64,000 nucleotides of DNA from Eledone cirrhosa (taxonomy: Eukaryota). Both the position numbers and the translations under genes were made by a program. This document shows positions 60,487 through 64,000 of this stretch, in pieces (the stretch's first letter is position 1; each line of letters begins with the position of its first letter). A model generated the notes under the pieces. It was not told the DNA's origin. It searched no databases and was given only the letters and a program-made list of their open reading frames with translations. Location: NCBI GenBank assembly GCA_964016885.1, contig OZ024756.1:36456001-36520000 (forward strand), in the 5' to 3' direction.

Positions 60487-60776
60487 CAGGCATGGGCAAC
60501 CTTTTTCGAGAAGAGGGCCGCATGAGATATGACTCATCATCAGGCTGGCCGAAAGCGCTAATTTACATTCGTGCCCACATTAAAAAAAAGGGTGGTAACT
60601 CGGGTTGTTTTGATTTGTTTCTTCAGAATTCGTACTCGTTGTTTTCCTCGATGATAAAAATGATAGAAAGATAAATTACGACTGAAAATTTGGGGTAAAA
60701 AATCAGAAAGATTTCACTTAGGTGACTTAGGTGAGCCATTCAGAAAGCTTCGCGGGCCGCAGGTTACCCACGACTG
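60487..60776. mobile_element. hAT-like MITE
   Basis: caggcatgggcaacct ... aggttacccacgactg; flanks ggataaag / atataaag as an imperfect 8-bp TSD. Confidence 0.65.
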
Positions 60777-60831
60777 ATATAAAGTCTTGAGTTTGATTCC
60801 TGGCGGCGCATTGTGTCTTTAAGCAGGGCAC

Positions 60832-61061
60832 TTAACCATTTAGCATTTAAACCGGCCGTATCCGGCCAGAATTCTCTCACCTCTTTCTGTTCAAACCGGC
60901 CAAAACCAGCTGCTCATGTTTATCTTAAGGTATTGTTCTCAAAATAAATAATATTAAAATCTCGCAGATTTGATATTATGTGAGATAATTATATGAGATA
61001 AAAATGTTTACCATGAAAATACAATAGTAAATATAGAGTAATGTAAATGTTAAAGGGTTAA
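60832..61061 (+). mobile_element. piggyBac-like MITE with TTAA at both ends
   Basis: ttaaccatttagcattt ... aaatgttaaagggttaa. Confidence 0.8.
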
Positions 61062-61257
61062 ACTTCATGTTGCTTCAGTCCATTTAGTTGGCAAAAATGA
61101 GTTGTACATGTAATTCAAAGGTACATAGGTCTATGGAATGCTCAGTCACTTACAGGTGTTTTCGTTATTCAAACAATTGGAACATTCGCTGTCAGAACAG
61201 ACCCTTATTCGGTTGGAAAAAAAATATGCCCCGATATAAAAACTGACTTTGCTCACT

Positions 61258-61440
61258 TACATCTCTCTAAGACAATGACACTGGATCGAGATCTTTGGCG
61301 CCATGCAGTTGTACAGAAGAGACCCGACTGCCCTTGCATACAAACCTACAGTCAGTAGGCACCTCTTAACCCAATGTACACCCCACTGCCACACCCTACC
61401 CCATCCTTCCTTTTCCTGTTCCGTCCACTGTGTCGATGAC
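61258..61440 (+). mobile_element. LINE (RTE-like) 3' fragment
   Basis: MTLDRDLWRHAVV, a DRxxWR terminal motif. Confidence 0.45.
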
Positions 61441-61445
61441 TCAAC

Positions 61446-61607
61446 AGTCCACACTGTAAGGTGGTCGTGTAGGAGACACGGTAAAAAGGCTCCTAGTCCA
61501 CACTGTAAGGTGGTCGTGTAGGAGACACGGTAAAAAGGCTCCTAGTCCACACTGTAAGATGGTCGTGTAGGAGACACGGTAAAAAGGCTCCCAGTCCACA
61601 CTGTAAA
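61446..61607. repeat. 49-bp tandem repeat, about 3 copies
   Basis: agtccacactgtaaggtggtcgtgtaggagacacggtaaaaaggctcct. Confidence 0.9.
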
Positions 61608-61756
61608 TGTGGTTGGTGTTAGGAAGGGCATCCAGCTGTAGAAAAAAAAACCTGCCAGAGACACTTCCGTACGAGCGAGACACGGGCTTCCATCCATTCC
61701 CGCATCAAATGGAACAAAACCGTCAAACCCATGCTAGCGTGGAAGATGGACATTAA

Positions 61757-61760
<4 letters not shown>
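61605..61760 (+). mobile_element. SINE 3' portion with RTE-type tail ending in (GAC)n(GAT)n
   Basis: ggttggtgttaggaagggcatccagctgtag...ggacattaaacgacgac. Confidence 0.55.
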
Positions 61761-61799
<39 letters not shown>

Positions 61800-62463
61800 T
61801 GATGATGATGACGATGATGGTGATGGTGATGGTGATGATGATGGTGATGATGATGCCAGTTAGGGTGGTCATTTTGGCCTATGTCCATGGGACTGCTCAA
61901 TGTTAACTTATGTAGTAGCAGAGTAATTTTTTAATGGTAATAATTGATGGGTGTGGCGCGCATCTAGTGCAAATATTGGTGGCTGCTTACTTCGTAATGT
62001 GATGGGTGTGTCTTTCTGTTGTCTAACTTAGATTGATGTGTCAGGCTGTAAAGTTGTATTAGTGAACTTCCTCCATAGGGTGTGTGTCATTCATTTATGA
62101 TTTATTGTCGCCGGTCAGAGTTACAGAGTTTATTATACCCCACGAATGTTGGTTGTATCTATTAAAATACTTTCTGATAATAGCACTTGTGTGGCATATC
62201 ATATATGATGGAGGTTGTTATAAATAAATATTTTTTCGGTCTATATAGGTTAAAGAGTTCACTGATACTTCATATATTAATCCTCCGTCTAGTCGGGGTG
62301 GTGTGGTCCCATAACTCCTGATAGAGTCGTAGGGGCACCGTATTCACATACGGCGTTTCCTCGGCATTTTAAGCCCTATCTAGGCCTAACTACAGCAGAT
62401 TTCTTCGAGAGAAAGATAGAAAATGAGAAAGAGGAGATGAGAAAGAGATATAGAAGAGGAGGA

Positions 62464-62585
62464 ATCGACCCCAGTACTAGACTGGTACTTTATTTTATCG
62501 ATCTCGAATGGATGAAAAGCAAAGTTGACCTCGGTGGGATTTGAACTCAGAGAGCAGAGAACCATTCGAATACCATAAAGCATTC

Positions 62586-62590
<5 letters not shown>
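62464..62590 (-). mobile_element. SINE family 1
   Basis: Family motif. Confidence 0.7.
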
Positions 62591-62679
<89 letters not shown>

Positions 62680-62932
62680 GTGTGTGTGTGTGTGTGGGGG
62701 GGGGTATTTATTTATAGAGCGGAACAGTCAGATAATGCTATTGGTCGTAAACGCTGACACTTGGCATCAATAAAACAGTTTAGACCGATTGTGCTAGGGT
62801 GAAGTGATTGTGTGACAGCCGGACAGAAATGGTTCCGATTATAATATAAATTGATAAATTATATTATTATCTTTATTCCTGAATGAGTAAAGTATTCGAT
62901 TTTTTTCTTTCTTCCATTTTTTTTCTTTTTAG

Positions 62933-64000
62933 GTGAATTTCGAGACGAGGAAATTATGCTGGCCAAAAGAGGTGACAACCAAACAGACCAGAAATTAGAC
63001 TCCAAACTTAACCTTTCAAGAGACTTCCATAAACCGAGATATCGTCCCTATAAACAAAACAGTTCGCTGGCACAGAAAGAACCCCTGCAAATGGCGCCTA
63101 TAGAACCGCACCAAAATGAACAGAACTCGAACCAGAAACCGTCACGCCGGAACGGTACTAAGCTCTCGCGTGGCCCCAGTCAGAACATTCCGGACGAACG
63201 AGTGTCACAGGGCAAGAGTGAAATCGGCCGACGCGAGAGAAGGCAATGGAACAAACGTTCGAATTCTTTGTTTTCGCCTCACGTGACTAATCTCTATCCG
63301 TTTGAAACGATCGACGTCAGCAACAGCGGCAACGCCGTTAACGTCAGCAATGACGTCATTTCTAGCGGTCCTACTGAAACCAAAATGTCAGACAATGCTG
63401 CTCTGGACAGGAGAAAACTCCATATTCAACAACGTCGCAGGAACGGACAAAAAACCACCACGGATGCTACGTTGAACTCCGGTGGCGGTGGTGGTGGTGT
63501 TGGTGGCGGCGGTGGTTATCTTTTAAACAGTCCTCGAACATCAGAGAAAAATCATCATCATATCAGCAGCAAAAACTCTGGGTTTCATTCAAAGCGTCTT
63601 CAGCGAGAACGTTCCAATGATATGTCTTTGAACTCTGAAAACAACCGAAGTCTATATTGTAGCTCTCGGAATAGTACCCATTCGGAAATACCTGTCGATG
63701 ATTACGGCGTGAACCGTAGAAACGATGGCGTAGACGATGAGACCAGAAGTGAGGTAAAAGACAGGCAATCTTACTTTAATAACAGTGATTACAAATTAGA
63801 GAGCAGAGGATCGGTATCTTATTACAACGGGTATGATAAGAACTATGGCAGCAATAATAACAACAACAACAACAATAATAATTATACTAATAATAATAAC
63901 AGTAATAAAAACAATAAAAATAATTATTATTATGATACCGATAGTGACAGTGAAAGACACACAAACGCGAGTTCCACTCACAACCCTAAAGATAAAAGGT
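62933..64000 (+). CDS. Large coding exon of an unidentified host gene; intrinsically disordered S/N/R/G-rich protein; truncated by the window end
   Basis: Long polypyrimidine tract plus AG acceptor at 62931-62932. Stop-free frame to the window end (EFRDEEIMLAKRGDNQTDQKLDSK...poly-G...poly-N...HNPKDKR; about 348 codons from ATG 62956). Visibly more GC/CpG-rich than the flanks. No domain recognised. Confidence 0.85.

Overview
AT-rich, microsatellite-saturated eukaryotic DNA; the repeat landscape is what I associate with Octopus genomes (inference, not verified). Almost all ORFs in the supplied track are translations of (TA)n/(CA)n/(GA)n/trinucleotide repeats. Real coding signal is limited to a DD34D mariner transposase (19606-20634), a large low-complexity coding exon running off the window end (62933-64000, missed by the ORF track), a phase-compatible candidate first exon (33768-33897), and decayed retroelement fragments (Penelope-like GIY-YIG, CRE-type, RTE). 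The main hidden layer is a large set of short inserts sitting in (TA)n tracts that derive from Penelope-like element (PLE) terminal repeats. About ten carry a full type I hammerhead ribozyme fold, and more carry partial ones. Many are fold-back palindromes breaking in or near the ribozyme. At least six otherwise dissimilar families share a second covarying stem-loop (ACTC-[stem-loop]-1-2 nt bulge-GAGT-RCT) about 30-75 nt before the microsatellite junction, which I do not recognise as a described motif. tRNA-derived SINEs, several MITE types and minisatellites fill the rest. Repeat boundaries were read by eye and are approximate.
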